From a candidate division FCPU426 bacterium (GTDB lineage Bacteria; Oederibacteriota; JAAXVQ01; JAUVAV01): DNA of 55,170 nt. Shown here piece by piece: positions 1-10,443 of the stretch; position 1 is the first letter of the stretch, and the number at the start of each line of letters is the position of its first letter. The DNA lies in NCBI GenBank assembly GCA_030637655.1, contig DAOWGI010000034.1:1-55170 (forward strand), in the 5' to 3' direction. The notes under the pieces were generated by a model. The model ran no database searches, was not told the DNA's origin, and saw nothing but the letters and a program-made list of their open reading frames with translations. The position numbers and the translations under genes are program-made.

Positions 1-203
1 GTATTCAACTCCGCTTTCATTGCGGTCTGCCCTTCGTGCAAAAGAAAAATTTGATCTCTCATTCCATTTCTCTCATCTTTGGCTGTATTCAACTCCGCTT
101 TCATTGCGGTCTGCCCTTCGTGCAAAAGAAAAATTTGATCTCTCATTCCATTTCTCTCATCTTTGGCTGTATTCAACTCCGCTTTCATTGCGGTCTGCCC
201 TTC
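1..203. repeat. 84-bp perfect tandem repeat, at least 2.4 copies
   Basis: Identical units start at 1, 85 and 169. 84 bp equals 28 codons, in frame on the minus strand. Confidence 0.95.
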
Positions 204-380
204 ATGCAGCAGTGCGATCTGTTCCATCATTGAATCGCTTTTTTTCTCCTGCCTGGTCATTCTGACTTCTTGCTGATCAAATTTATGATTCATTACTTCT
301 AGAAACTTTTTCTGATCGTCCCTGAATTGTTCTACTACTGTTTTAAATTCGTTCATGGTGATTTTTCCTTCTTCTGCCAT
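1..380 (-). CDS. Partial coiled-coil protein with 28-aa tandem repeats (3' end runs off the window; not in the ORF track)
   Basis: Manual translation from ATG 380 (alternative ATG 356, preceded by AAGGA) stays open to position 1: MAEEGKITMNEFKTVVEQFRDDQKKFLEVMNHKFDQQEVRMTRQEKKSDSMMEQIAL-[LHEGQTAMKAELNTAKDERNGMRDQIFL]n. Confidence 0.75.
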   Translation of the reverse strand, partial: MAEEGKITMNEFKTVVEQFRDDQKKFLEVMNHKFDQQEVRMTRQEKKSDSMMEQIALLHEGQTAMKAELNTAKDERNGMRDQIFLLHEGQTAMKAELNTAKDERNGMRDQIFLLHEGQTAMKAELN

Positions 381-388
381 TTGCTAAC

Positions 389-411
389 GTACGGGCGAGG
401 TCCCCTCGCCC
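389..411 (+). repeat. REP-like hairpin
   Basis: GTAC-GGGCGAGG-tcc-CCTCGCCC: a GTAG-like tetranucleotide followed by a GC-rich 8-bp stem. Confidence 0.55.
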
Positions 412-428
412 ACCAGAGGATATAATAT

Positions 429-462
429 AAAAAAAGGCGGCTGATTTTTCAACCAACCGCCC
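429..462 (-). terminator. Intrinsic terminator after rpoC
   Basis: Minus strand reads GGCGGTTG-gttgaaaaat-CAGCCGCC-TTTTTTT. Confidence 0.75.
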
Positions 463-477
463 TTGATATTCAATCGT

Positions 478-530
478 GGGCAGGGTGACCCTGCCCCTAC
501 GGATCTGGCGGACGGGGAAACCCGCCCCAC
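478..530 (-). repeat. Two GTAG/GTGG-type REP-like hairpins
   Basis: Minus strand GTAGGGGCAGGGTCACCCTGCCC (478-500) and GTGGGGCGGGTTTCCCCGTCC (510-530). Confidence 0.65.
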
Positions 531-535
531 CAATT

Positions 536-3500
536 TTAATTCCGGCTGACTTCCAGCTCTTCTTTCGCCTCTTCTTCAGTCTTGTTCTCTCCTTCGAGTT
601 GTGCTCTCAATTCCTGCATGCCCGGCATACCCGTACCTGCTGAAATCAGATGACCCATGATGACATTCTCTTTCAAGCCTGTCAGATCATCCACTTTACC
701 GGCAATGGCCGCTTCGGTGAGAACACGTGTGGTCTCCTGGAAGCTGGCCGCTGAAATAAAGCTCTCGGTTCCCAAGCTGGCCTTGGTAATACCCAACAGG
801 ATCGGACGCGCTGTAGCCGGACGTCCGCCTTCTTTGATGACCCGCTCGTTTTCATCGCGAAAAGTAAAACGATAGACCTGAGTGCCAACCAGGAATTTGG
901 TGTCTCCGGAATCTTCCACCATAACTTTGCGCAGGAGTTGGCGCACAATGACCTCAATATGTTTGTCATTTATAGTAACACCCTGCAGACGATACACTTC
1001 CTGCACTTTGTTAACCAAGTATTCCTGAACCTCGTTTTCACCCTTGATCTCCAAAATGTCGTGCGGATTGACCGGGCCGTCGGTTAAAGCTTCTCCAGCC
1101 TGTACCCGGTCATTGTCACGTACGTTCAAGTGCCTGCCGCCGGGGATGAGATATTCTTTTTCAATACCGGTTTCGTGTTTGACCAAGCAACGACGCATAC
1201 CGCGTACCATACCGCTGAAATTGATAATTCCGTCAATTTCACTAATCACAGCCGCGCCTTTGGGTTTTCGAGCTTCAAACAACTCAGCCACGCGCGGCAG
1301 ACCACCTGTAATGTCACGAGTTTTGGAAATCTCACGCGGAATCTTGGCCAGAATGTCACCGGCTTTGATCACATCGCCGTTTTCTACTGTAAAGTAAGCG
1401 CCGGTCGGAATAGCGTAATTGGCAACCACCTCATTATTACTGTCTCGAATGATAATCTGCGGATGCATGTCTTCTTCTTTGTGCTCCATAATCACACGGC
1501 CGATAAGACCTGTCGTTTCATCTGTCTGCTCTTTCATAGTCTTACCTTCTACAATATCCTCAAAGTGCACTTTACCACTTTGCTCGGTAAATATCGGTAC
1601 ATTGTACAGATCCCAGAGCGCGACTACTTCATTTTTTTTGACCTTGCTGCCTTCACTGACTTTCAGTACGGCACCATAAGGCACCGGATATAATTCGTGT
1701 TCTGAACCACGTTCATCATATACACCCAGTTCCGCATTGCGATTGAGTACAATGTAATCACCCTCGGAATTGGGAATCGTACGGGCATTGTGTAAACGCA
1801 CAATACCCTCGTTTTTCACCTCAATTTTGGAAATTTCCAGAACACGACTGGCCGTACCACCGATATGGAAGGTACGCAAGGTCAGCTGAGTTCCCGGCTC
1901 ACCAATGGATTGAGCGGCAATGATACCAACCGATTCACCAACCTCAACCGTACGACCGATGGACAGATTGCGCCCATAGCATTTGGCACAAACACCACGC
2001 TGGCTTTCGCAGGTAAGCACGGAACGTATCCTGATTCTTTCCACCACCGCGTTCTCAATCTTCTCGGCGATTACTTCATCAATTTCCTGGCCTGAGCGAA
2101 CCAGCACCTCATCAGACAACAGATCCACCACGTTGTCCAAGGCAACGCGGCCCAATATACGTTCTTTCAAGGGTTCAATGACTTCCGAACCTTCCCGAAT
2201 CGCGCCGATGGAAATGCCATTGAGTGTTTTACAATCTTCTTCAGCTATGATCACATCCTGGGCCACGTCCACCAGACGCCTGGTTAAGTACCCGGCATCA
2301 GCGGTTTTGAGCGCCGTATCAGCCAAACCTTTACGCGCGCCGTGCGTAGAGATAAAGTACTCCAACACGGTCAGTCCTTCACGGAAGTTCGCGATAATTG
2401 GCGACTCAATAATTTCACCGGCCTCGCCGGTAATCTTCTGCTGCGGTGTGGCGATCAGACCGCGCATACCCGCCAGCTGGCGAATCTGCATTTTGGATCC
2501 GCGAGCACCGGAGTCCGCCATCATGTAAATCGGATTAAATCCGTGACGATCTTCGGACAATCCGTTCATCATGACTTCAGCGATATTATCCGTAGTGTGC
2601 GTCCAAATATCGATTACCTTGTTGTAGCGCTCACCATCAGTAATAACTCCCTGCTGGTATTGACGTTCAATGGCAGCAACTTCTTTTTTTGCCTGCTCGA
2701 TCATCTTTGGTTTGCTTCCCGGGATTTTAATGTCATCTATACTGACTGTAATTCCGGCCCGGGTGGCAAATTCGAATCCGATTTCTTTCATTCTGTCCAG
2801 CATGAGGACCGTGACATACGTACCCTGCTCTTTATAACTGCGAGCTACCAGATTGGTTAACTCTTTTTTGTTGAGCACTTTGTTCACATACCGCAATGGT
2901 TCAGGAACCACAGTTTCATTGAAGAAAATCCGGCCCGCGGTAATATCCAAAAACGAACCATTCACGCGGACTTTAATTTTGGCATGATAAGCTACTTCAC
3001 CGGCATCTATGGCTACCATAACTTCTTCCGGGCCGGAGTAGACCTTGCCTTCGCCTTTGGCACCCGCCAATTCTTTGGTCAAATAATAACAACCCAAAAC
3101 TATATCCTGAGACGGAGCAATGATCGGACGACCACTGGCAGTCGAGAGAATATTGTTAGTAGAGAGCATTAATACGCGTGCTTCCAATTGCGCTTCAGTG
3201 GACAAGGGTACGTGTACAGCCATCTGATCACCGTCAAAGTCCGCGTTAAAGGCCGCGCAGACCAAGGGATGAATACGAATGGCTTTCCCTTCGACCAAAA
3301 CCGGCAAAAAAGCTTGAATTCCCTGACGATGCAGAGTAGGCGCGCGGTTCAGCATAATCGGATGATCCTCAAGCACCTCTTCGAGAATATCCCATACTTC
3401 CGGTTTGACACGTTCTACCATCTTTTTCGCGCTCTTGATGGTATGCACATAACCGCGCTCTTCCAGCTTTTTAATAATAAACGGTTTGAAGAGTTCAAGC

Positions 3501-4633
3501 GCCATCTTTTTGGGCAAACCGCATTGCCATAATTTCAGTTCCGGTCCCACCACAATAACTGAACGACCGGAGTAATCAACACGTTTACCCAGCAAGTTCT
3601 GGCGGAAACGGCCCTGCTTCCCTTTTAGCATATCGGAAAGCGATTTTAACGGACGATTGCCAGGACCCTTAACCGCGTGCCCGCGACGACCATTGTCAAA
3701 CAAGGCATCTACGGCTTCCTGCAGCATCCGTTTTTCATTGCGAATGATTACATCCGGAGCTTTCAAATCCATCAACTTTTTCAAGCGGTTATTGCGATTG
3801 ATCACACGCCGGTACAGATCATTTAAGTCAGACGTGGCAAAACGGCCGCCATCCAACGGAACTAGAGGACGTAATTCCGGCGGGATGACCGGAACCACTT
3901 CCAGGACCATCCAATCCGGCTGATTGCCGGATTGGCGGAACGCTTCCACCACTTTAAGCCGTTTGACAATTTCCTTCTTTTTCTGGACCGAAGCGGTTTC
4001 CATATCTTTATGGAAACGCTCTGACTTCTCGTCCAGATCGATTTCCTGGAGCAAATCCCGAACTGCCTCAGCGCCCATTTTCGCCTTGAAGGCTGTGCCG
4101 TACTGTTCCCGGAAACCACGGTAGTCTTCATCACTAAGCAACTGCTTCTTGGCTAACGGAGTATCTCCTGAATCTGTAACAATGTAACTTTCATAATAAA
4201 TAACTTTTTCCAAAGCCCGCGCGGCGATATTCAGCAGATAGGCAATCCGGGAAGGAACTCCTTTAAAGTACCAGATGTGCGTTACCGGTGCTACCAGTTC
4301 AATATGGCCCAGACGTTCACGCCGTACCTTACTCTGGATAATCTCAACACCGCAGCGGTCGCAGACCACGCCTTTGTAGCGAATGCGTTTGTACTTGCCG
4401 CAAGCGCATTCCCAGTCCTTTACCGGACCAAAGATGCGTTCGCAGAACAAGCCGTCCCGCTCAGGTTTAAATGTACGGTAATTAATGGTTTCCGGCTTTT
4501 TAACTTCTCCGCGAGACCAATTCCGGATCACTTCCGGGGAAGCCAGAGAAATACGAATGGCATCAAACATCCCCGCTGCCCGCGATTCATGATACTCGCG
4601 CTCTTTTTCGCGCTCCCGCTGGAGCATTGTCAT
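536..4633 (-). CDS. rpoC: DNA-directed RNA polymerase subunit beta'
   Basis: Catalytic NADFDGD motif, N-terminal Zn finger (CACGKY...CDRC), [13 protein letters not shown] trigger loop with insertion. Start set at ATG 4633, which has GGAG upstream (track start 4663). Confidence 0.99.
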   Translation of the reverse strand: MTMLQREREKEREYHESRAAGMFDAIRISLASPEVIRNWSRGEVKKPETINYRTFKPERDGLFCERIFGPVKDWECACGKYKRIRYKGVVCDRCGVEIIQSKVRRERLGHIELVAPVTHIWYFKGVPSRIAYLLNIAARALEKVIYYESYIVTDSGDTPLAKKQLLSDEDYRGFREQYGTAFKAKMGAEAVRDLLQEIDLDEKSERFHKDMETASVQKKKEIVKRLKVVEAFRQSGNQPDWMVLEVVPVIPPELRPLVPLDGGRFATSDLNDLYRRVINRNNRLKKLMDLKAPDVIIRNEKRMLQEAVDALFDNGRRGHAVKGPGNRPLKSLSDMLKGKQGRFRQNLLGKRVDYSGRSVIVVGPELKLWQCGLPKKMALELFKPFIIKKLEERGYVHTIKSAKKMVERVKPEVWDILEEVLEDHPIMLNRAPTLHRQGIQAFLPVLVEGKAIRIHPLVCAAFNADFDGDQMAVHVPLSTEAQLEARVLMLSTNNILSTASGRPIIAPSQDIVLGCYYLTKELAGAKGEGKVYSGPEEVMVAIDAGEVAYHAKIKVRVNGSFLDITAGRIFFNETVVPEPLRYVNKVLNKKELTNLVARSYKEQGTYVTVLMLDRMKEIGFEFATRAGITVSIDDIKIPGSKPKMIEQAKKEVAAIERQYQQGVITDGERYNKVIDIWTHTTDNIAEVMMNGLSEDRHGFNPIYMMADSGARGSKMQIRQLAGMRGLIATPQQKITGEAGEIIESPIIANFREGLTVLEYFISTHGARKGLADTALKTADAGYLTRRLVDVAQDVIIAEEDCKTLNGISIGAIREGSEVIEPLKERILGRVALDNVVDLLSDEVLVRSGQEIDEVIAEKIENAVVERIRIRSVLTCESQRGVCAKCYGRNLSIGRTVEVGESVGIIAAQSIGEPGTQLTLRTFHIGGTASRVLEISKIEVKNEGIVRLHNARTIPNSEGDYIVLNRNAELGVYDERGSEHELYPVPYGAVLKVSEGSKVKKNEVVALWDLYNVPIFTEQSGKVHFEDIVEGKTMKEQTDETTGLIGRVIMEHKEEDMHPQIIIRDSNNEVVANYAIPTGAYFTVENGDVIKAGDILAKIPREISKTRDITGGLPRVAELFEARKPKGAAVISEIDGIINFSGMVRGMRRCLVKHETGIEKEYLIPGGRHLNVRDNDRVQAGEALTDGPVNPHDILEIKGENEVQEYLVNKVQEVYRLQGVTINDKHIEVIVRQLLRKVMVEDSGDTKFLVGTQVYRFTFRDENERVIKEGGRPATARPILLGITKASLGTESFISAASFQETTRVLTEAAIAGKVDDLTGLKENVIMGHLISAGTGMPGMQELRAQLEGENKTEEEAKEELEVSRN

Positions 4634-4659
4634 TTTTTCTCCAAAGCCGCCTTCTACTC

Positions 4660-7600
4660 TCATGCGTCCTCCTTGGCAACCTTGCGCTTTTTAGACTTAG
4701 TTGCTTTTTCTTCTTTGGGTTTTTCTGGTTCTTGTTCACGCTTGCGCAGCAGCTCAATATTCAGACCCAAGCTTTGCAGCTCTTTGACCAGGACATTGAA
4801 AGACTCCGGCACGCATGATTCAGGCGCGTTCTTACCTTTAACAATAGCTTCATAAATTTTGGTGCGGCCGGCGGTGTCATCGGATTTTACAGTCAATAAT
4901 TCCTGTAAAATTTCAGCCGCGCCGTATGCTTCCAAGGCCCAAACTTCCATCTCGCCAAAACGTTGCCCGCCGAATTGCGCCTTACCGCCCAAGGGCTGCT
5001 GAGTAATTAGCGAGTAGGGACCAATGGAGCGGGCATGGATCTTATCGTCCACTAAGTGCGCCAATTTCAGCATGTAAATGAAACCGACGGTGACTTCATG
5101 ATCAAAACGTTCCCCAGTACGACCATCGTATAAATCCGTGGTGCCGCTTTCCGGCAACTGCGCTTCTTTTAAAGTATCTTTGATCTGTTCCTGCGTCGCG
5201 CCGTCAAACACCGGCGAGGCAATGAACTTATCTAATTTTTGGGCAGCCCAACCCAAATGCGTTTCCAGAATCTGTCCCAGGTTCATACGAGAAGGAACAC
5301 CTAAAGGATTCAAAATAATATCCACCGGTGTCCCGTCTTCCAAGTAGGGCATGTCTTCGATTGGCACTACTTTGGAAACCACACCTTTGTTTCCGTGACG
5401 CCCGGCCATCTTGTCACCCACGGACAATTTGCGCTTTTTGGCCACATTCACCTTGACTAATTTAATCACACCCGGAGGCAGCTCATCGCCTTTACGGATT
5501 TTCAGAATCCGTTTCTCATGCTCTTGATTCACTTCCTCTTTAGTTTCTTCGGCAATTTGTTTTAACCGGAAAATGCGTTTGGCGGCATTTTCCTTGGCAA
5601 TGCCGGCATCTCCTTTGCCGCTCTTCTTGATCTCGGCCAGGACTTCAGCCAGTTTATTTTCCACCTCCGCGATATCTTCATTACGCCGCTTGTCAACATT
5701 GGCAACCCGGCGCATACGTTCTTTCTCAATCTTCTTGATCTGATCAATATCACGGGCTCGAATTTTGTCATCACGTTCCCGGCGTGAGAATACCTTGACT
5801 TCAATGACTTTACCTTCCACTCCCGGAGGTACTTTCAGCGAAGCATCGCGCACATCACCGGATTTTTCGCCAAAAATGGCGCGCAATAGTTTTTCTTCCG
5901 GGGAGAGCTCGGTCTCGCCTTTGGGGGTAACTTTTCCAACCAGAATGTCGCCCGGCCCTACTTCCGCGCCCACGCGAACAATTCCATTTTCATCGAGATC
6001 CTTTAAGGCTTCCTCACCCACATTGGGAATATCACGGGTAATTTCCTCTTTGCCTAATTTCGTGTCCCGGGCTTCGAGTTCGAATTCTTCCACATGAATC
6101 GAGGTGAAAAAATCCTGTTTCAGCAAACCCTCGGATACAATAATCGCGTCTTCAAAGTTGTATCCTCGCCAGGGCATAAATGCCACCAGAACATTTTGGC
6201 CGAGAGCCAATTCACCACCATTGGTGGCCGGACCATCAGCTATGACCTGACCGCGTTTTATATGTTGTCCCGGACGCACGATCGGTTTTTGATTCACACA
6301 GGTATCCTGGTTGGAACGTTGGTATTTCAATAGATTGTAGGTGTCAATGTGAACTCGTCCCTCTTTTTTATCTTCCCAGGAGATTACAATTTTATCTGAA
6401 GATACTTTTTCCACGGTCCCTTCATGACGGGCATTAAGCATAACACCGGAATCATAAGCAGCCTTGCCTTCCATACCGGTTCCCACCAACGGAGCTTGTG
6501 TACGTAATAGCGGCACAGCCTGACGTTGCATATTAGAGCCCATGAGCGCGCGGTTGGCGTCATCGTGCTCTAAAAAAGGAATCAGCGCGCTGGCTACAGA
6601 AACCAGCTGTTTCGGTGAAACGTCCATATAATTTACGTCTTTGGGATTGACCAACGGATAATCCACTTTAAAACGAGCCGCAATCATTGGTCCTACCAGA
6701 TTGCCTTTGGCATCTACCTCAGCATTGGCCTGAGCAATAACATAGGCATCCTCTTCATCAGCCACCAAATAGTGCATTTCATCCGTCACTTTGCCATTTA
6801 CGACTTTACGATACGGTGTTTCAACGAATCCAAATTCATTGACCCGGGCGAAGCTCGCCAATGAAGAAATCAAACCAATGTTTGGACCTTCAGGCGTTTC
6901 AATCGGACAGATACGGCCATAGTGCGTATGGTGTACGTCACGCACCTCAAAGCCGGCACGTTCACGGTTCAAACCACCCGGTCCCAACGCGGAGAGGCGC
7001 CGTTTGTGCGTCAATTCCGCCAACGGATTGGTCTGATCCATAAACTGGGAGAGCTGCGAGGAACCAAAAAACTCCTTCACCCCGGCAGCCACCGGTTTAG
7101 CATTGATCAAATTACTGGGCATGCAGGTGTCAATTTCCAGAATGGACATTCTTTCTCTTACTGCGCGCTCAATGCGCGACAAACCAATACGGAATTGGTT
7201 TTCCAGTAATTCACCGGAGGAACGTACACGACGATTGCCCAAGTGGTCAATATCATCCTTAGCATCTTCTTGGTTGTTCAGCTTAACCAGACGCCGAACA
7301 ATCTCAACAATATCCTCTTTTTTCAGTGTGCAGTGATCCAAAGGAATATGCAGCCCCAGACGTTTATTGAGTTTGTATCTTCCTACGCGCGAAAGATTAT
7401 AACGCTTGGGATTGAAGAACAGGCTGTCCAACAAGGCCGAAGCGCTTTCCACGGTCGGCGGATCGCCGGGACGCATTTTGCGGTAAATTTCAATAAGCGC
7501 TTCATTTTTCGAACGGGTATTGTCTTTAGCTAATGTTTTATGCAAGGACTGTGCTTCATCCACTCCCAGCTTGGCAACGGAAATCTTTTTAATCTTGGCT

Positions 7601-8430
7601 TCTTCGAATTGCTTGACCAATTCCGGTGTAATCATAGTATTGCACTCAGCCAATACTTCTCCGGTCGATTGATCCACCACATCTTCGGTCAGGCTTCGAT
7701 CTACCGCTTGTTCCTGGGCCGGAATGACTTCAGTCTCATAAAATAAATCAATAATTTTTTTCTGGGTGGTAAACCCAATCGCGCGCAGGAAGGTGGTTAC
7801 CAAAATTTTACGCTTGCGGTCTATGCGCAGGTACAACAGATCATTGTTGTCAAACTCCATTTCCAACCAGGAACCCCAGTAGGGAATAATCCGGGCGATC
7901 ATGAAGCGTTTTCCGGCACTAACGGATTTCACTTCATCTTCATCAAACGAGACACCCGGCGAGCGATGCAACTGAGATACAATAACACGTTCCGCGCCAT
8001 TAATAACAAATGTGCCTTTAGTTGTCATCAGGGGCAATTCACAGAAAAACACTTCTTGCTCTTTAATGTCTTTAATCCGTTTCACTTTCGTGTCCGGATC
8101 TTCTTCCCGGACCACCAAACGCAAGGTAACCTTCAAAGCTGCGGAATAGGTCATATCCCGCTCCCGGCATTCCTCTTCAGTATATTTCGGATCACCAAAG
8201 GTGAAGCCTGCAAATTCCAAGCTTGAGTTATTGTTAAAATCATAAATTGGAAAAACACTTTGCAGGACAGCTTGCAGACCCTGATTCTTGCGGTCTTCAG
8301 GGCGGATGCTTTTTTGCAGGAAATCATTATAGGATTTCTTTTGAATTTCCATCAGATTGGGAATATCCATAATTTCAGGAATGTGGTTGAAGTACGTACG
8401 ATTTCTTGGATCAACAAAGGCTTTGGGCAT
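4660..8430 (-). CDS. rpoB: DNA-directed RNA polymerase subunit beta
   Basis: [38 protein letters not shown] and [17 protein letters not shown] motifs. AAGGAGGA RBS. Confidence 0.99.
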   Translation of the reverse strand: MPKAFVDPRNRTYFNHIPEIMDIPNLMEIQKKSYNDFLQKSIRPEDRKNQGLQAVLQSVFPIYDFNNNSSLEFAGFTFGDPKYTEEECRERDMTYSAALKVTLRLVVREEDPDTKVKRIKDIKEQEVFFCELPLMTTKGTFVINGAERVIVSQLHRSPGVSFDEDEVKSVSAGKRFMIARIIPYWGSWLEMEFDNNDLLYLRIDRKRKILVTTFLRAIGFTTQKKIIDLFYETEVIPAQEQAVDRSLTEDVVDQSTGEVLAECNTMITPELVKQFEEAKIKKISVAKLGVDEAQSLHKTLAKDNTRSKNEALIEIYRKMRPGDPPTVESASALLDSLFFNPKRYNLSRVGRYKLNKRLGLHIPLDHCTLKKEDIVEIVRRLVKLNNQEDAKDDIDHLGNRRVRSSGELLENQFRIGLSRIERAVRERMSILEIDTCMPSNLINAKPVAAGVKEFFGSSQLSQFMDQTNPLAELTHKRRLSALGPGGLNRERAGFEVRDVHHTHYGRICPIETPEGPNIGLISSLASFARVNEFGFVETPYRKVVNGKVTDEMHYLVADEEDAYVIAQANAEVDAKGNLVGPMIAARFKVDYPLVNPKDVNYMDVSPKQLVSVASALIPFLEHDDANRALMGSNMQRQAVPLLRTQAPLVGTGMEGKAAYDSGVMLNARHEGTVEKVSSDKIVISWEDKKEGRVHIDTYNLLKYQRSNQDTCVNQKPIVRPGQHIKRGQVIADGPATNGGELALGQNVLVAFMPWRGYNFEDAIIVSEGLLKQDFFTSIHVEEFELEARDTKLGKEEITRDIPNVGEEALKDLDENGIVRVGAEVGPGDILVGKVTPKGETELSPEEKLLRAIFGEKSGDVRDASLKVPPGVEGKVIEVKVFSRRERDDKIRARDIDQIKKIEKERMRRVANVDKRRNEDIAEVENKLAEVLAEIKKSGKGDAGIAKENAAKRIFRLKQIAEETKEEVNQEHEKRILKIRKGDELPPGVIKLVKVNVAKKRKLSVGDKMAGRHGNKGVVSKVVPIEDMPYLEDGTPVDIILNPLGVPSRMNLGQILETHLGWAAQKLDKFIASPVFDGATQEQIKDTLKEAQLPESGTTDLYDGRTGERFDHEVTVGFIYMLKLAHLVDDKIHARSIGPYSLITQQPLGGKAQFGGQRFGEMEVWALEAYGAAEILQELLTVKSDDTAGRTKIYEAIVKGKNAPESCVPESFNVLVKELQSLGLNIELLRKREQEPEKPKEEKATKSKKRKVAKEDA

Positions 8431-8537
8431 ACAATATCCTCCTTGCCCTAATTAACATTAGGGAAACCCATATATTTTGATACCAGATATTATTGATACC
8501 AGGCTACAATGTTTGAAGTGAAAAATATAGAATGAAA

Positions 8538-8567
8538 AGAATAGTATACTTCGAGGTAATATGTCAA
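8538..8567 (-). promoter_or_regulatory. sigma70-type promoter for rpoBC
   Basis: TTGACA-N18-TATTCT with an A-rich upstream tract, about 110 bp before the rpoB start. Confidence 0.55.
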
Positions 8568-8831
8568 GGTCTTTTTTTATATTTCACCATATTTATTTGA
8601 AAATGGAAGGGAATAATAGTGGCTTCGTTGGCTGACACACTCCGAGGCAGTGCCATTACATTGGTCCCTATATTAATATGTAGGTTTCACCATAAATACA
8701 GCCCCGTAGCCGGGTCTTCAGGAAAGAACACAGAGGGTGTAGCTATTCCGAGGCCTTCGCAACCCCGACCGGAAGTGAGGAATCTCCATGCTTACTCGAA
8801 GAAAATAGTCTATTGCCTCATTTCAGGCTAT

Positions 8832-10247
8832 TTAATCCTCAATGTTTAAGCGTTTCATGGCTTGCGTTAATTGTTGATAATTATTAATGCCTATTGATCT
8901 GGCTGTCTTGGTCTTGTTTTTTTTGTTTTTTTCCAGGTGGTGTAGTAGGTAGCGTTTTTCTTTTTCATCAATCTCGACCTTTAATTGTTTTTTCAAATCC
9001 TGATACTCCAGTTCCAAATAATCAGCAGTCCCGGGAGGCTGTCCGATTTTTTCGTCACTATTTTCTGTTTCCGCTTCCATTTGCGTCACAAAGGATTGGA
9101 TGTCCTGCAGGGATATAATATTATCCAAAGAATTTTTAATCCCAACCTCTGTGCATTTTTTTAAATGCCGCACGTTACCTTCCCACTTCTGCTTTTGCAT
9201 CCATTCCATCACCTCCACCGAGGTCGCTTGGATGCGTTTTTGATACCTGGGATTTAACTCCTTGATAAAATGATCCACCAGCAAGGGAATGTCTTCCAGA
9301 TGATCGCGCAGCGGCGGAATGATCAAGACATGATTATACAAACGATAATATAAATCCTTGCGAAAGAATCCCTTGTCCACCATTTTTTTCAGATTGCGGT
9401 TGGTGGCTGCTAAGATGACAATATCCATTTTTATTTTTTCTGTGGATCCCACCCGGGTGATGATCTTATTCTCAAGCAAGGTCAACAATTTTGCTTGTTG
9501 TTCTAAAGGCAATTCACCAATTTCATTTAAAAACGCCACTCCGCCTTGCGTTTCCTCGATCAACCCCTTTTTGTTCCTCTGAGCACCACTGAAGGCTCCG
9601 GTCACATACCCAAACACTTCCGATTCAAATAGGTTCGGACTGATTTTGGTTAAATCAATTTCATAAAAGGGTTTAGCTTGGCGTTTGCTTAAGGCATGAA
9701 ACGACCGGGCCACCAGATCTTTGCCAGTGCCTGTTTCCCCTAGAATCATGGTGTCACATTCCGATTGAGCTGCCCACAAAATGTTTTTGGCAAGATTCAT
9801 AATCACCTTGCTCTTGCCGACAATTCTTTCCTCCCAAACCGGCAGGTCCTGATCCGGTGGTCCGTTTTTCTTGTGTAGATACCGTTTGACTTTTTCAACC
9901 AGACTTTTAAAATCCTCCACCGGTTTTACTTCAAAATCATTGGCACCGTTTTTTATCATTTCAATCAAGAGGCTGGTATCACCAACCCCGCTGATCACAA
10001 TGATGGGCAGCTCTTCCTGGGTCCATTTTTCCCGCAGCCGATTCAGTATCACGCAGCCGCTGCGGTCTCCGCCGTCCCCTTTTAAATCAACATCCAACAG
10101 CACCACATCCGGTTTGCAGGCACCGACCAATTCCAGGGAGTGCTTTTCATCATCAGCACATTCCACCTGAAACCCTTCCTGCTCAAAGACCTCTTTGTAG
10201 ACATTCGCAATATTTATGTTGTCATCCACAATCAACATATACGCCAT
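8832..10247 (-). CDS. NtrC/AtoC-family sigma54-dependent response regulator (REC-AAA+-HTH)
   Basis: REC domain (IVDD, LLDV, KP). Walker A GETGTGKD, GAFSGA loop, AATNRNL, FRKDLYYRL, WEGNVRHL, C-terminal Fis-like HTH. AAAGGAG RBS. Confidence 0.95.
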   Translation of the reverse strand: MAYMLIVDDNINIANVYKEVFEQEGFQVECADDEKHSLELVGACKPDVVLLDVDLKGDGGDRSGCVILNRLREKWTQEELPIIVISGVGDTSLLIEMIKNGANDFEVKPVEDFKSLVEKVKRYLHKKNGPPDQDLPVWEERIVGKSKVIMNLAKNILWAAQSECDTMILGETGTGKDLVARSFHALSKRQAKPFYEIDLTKISPNLFESEVFGYVTGAFSGAQRNKKGLIEETQGGVAFLNEIGELPLEQQAKLLTLLENKIITRVGSTEKIKMDIVILAATNRNLKKMVDKGFFRKDLYYRLYNHVLIIPPLRDHLEDIPLLVDHFIKELNPRYQKRIQATSVEVMEWMQKQKWEGNVRHLKKCTEVGIKNSLDNIISLQDIQSFVTQMEAETENSDEKIGQPPGTADYLELEYQDLKKQLKVEIDEKEKRYLLHHLEKNKKNKTKTARSIGINNYQQLTQAMKRLNIED

Positions 10248-10443
10248 GGTTGTCTGCTCCTTTACTCGCCGGTTTTCTCAGCCTGAACCAGAGGCAACTG
10301 AAAATAAAATGTCGGCCTTGCGTTTTTGAAATTCCTTCAACGCAAAGATCACCAGAGGAGGTTCCCCCTCGGTTATTTCAGGTGGCCCTCTAACGGTTTC
10401 TCTTCAGATTGTTTTTATCATGTCTTCACACCCAGCGAAACAA

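Noticed and set aside
1-203. Possible CRISPR array
   Set aside because: Whole 84-bp units are identical with no unique spacers, no cas genes are present, and the repeat is in-frame coding on the minus strand.
20-265. Plus-strand 81-aa and 65-aa ORFs
   Set aside because: Antisense shadows of the repeat. The minus-strand frame gives a more protein-like coiled coil.
8660-8725. Hammerhead-like CTGAAGA...GAAA on the minus strand
   Set aside because: GAAA does not directly follow stem II, and there is no correctly placed NUH cleavage triplet.
10278-10421. Minus-strand frame containing an RGPP arrest-like motif upstream of the activator
   Set aside because: An in-frame TGA follows five codons after the only ATG, and there is no evidence for readthrough.
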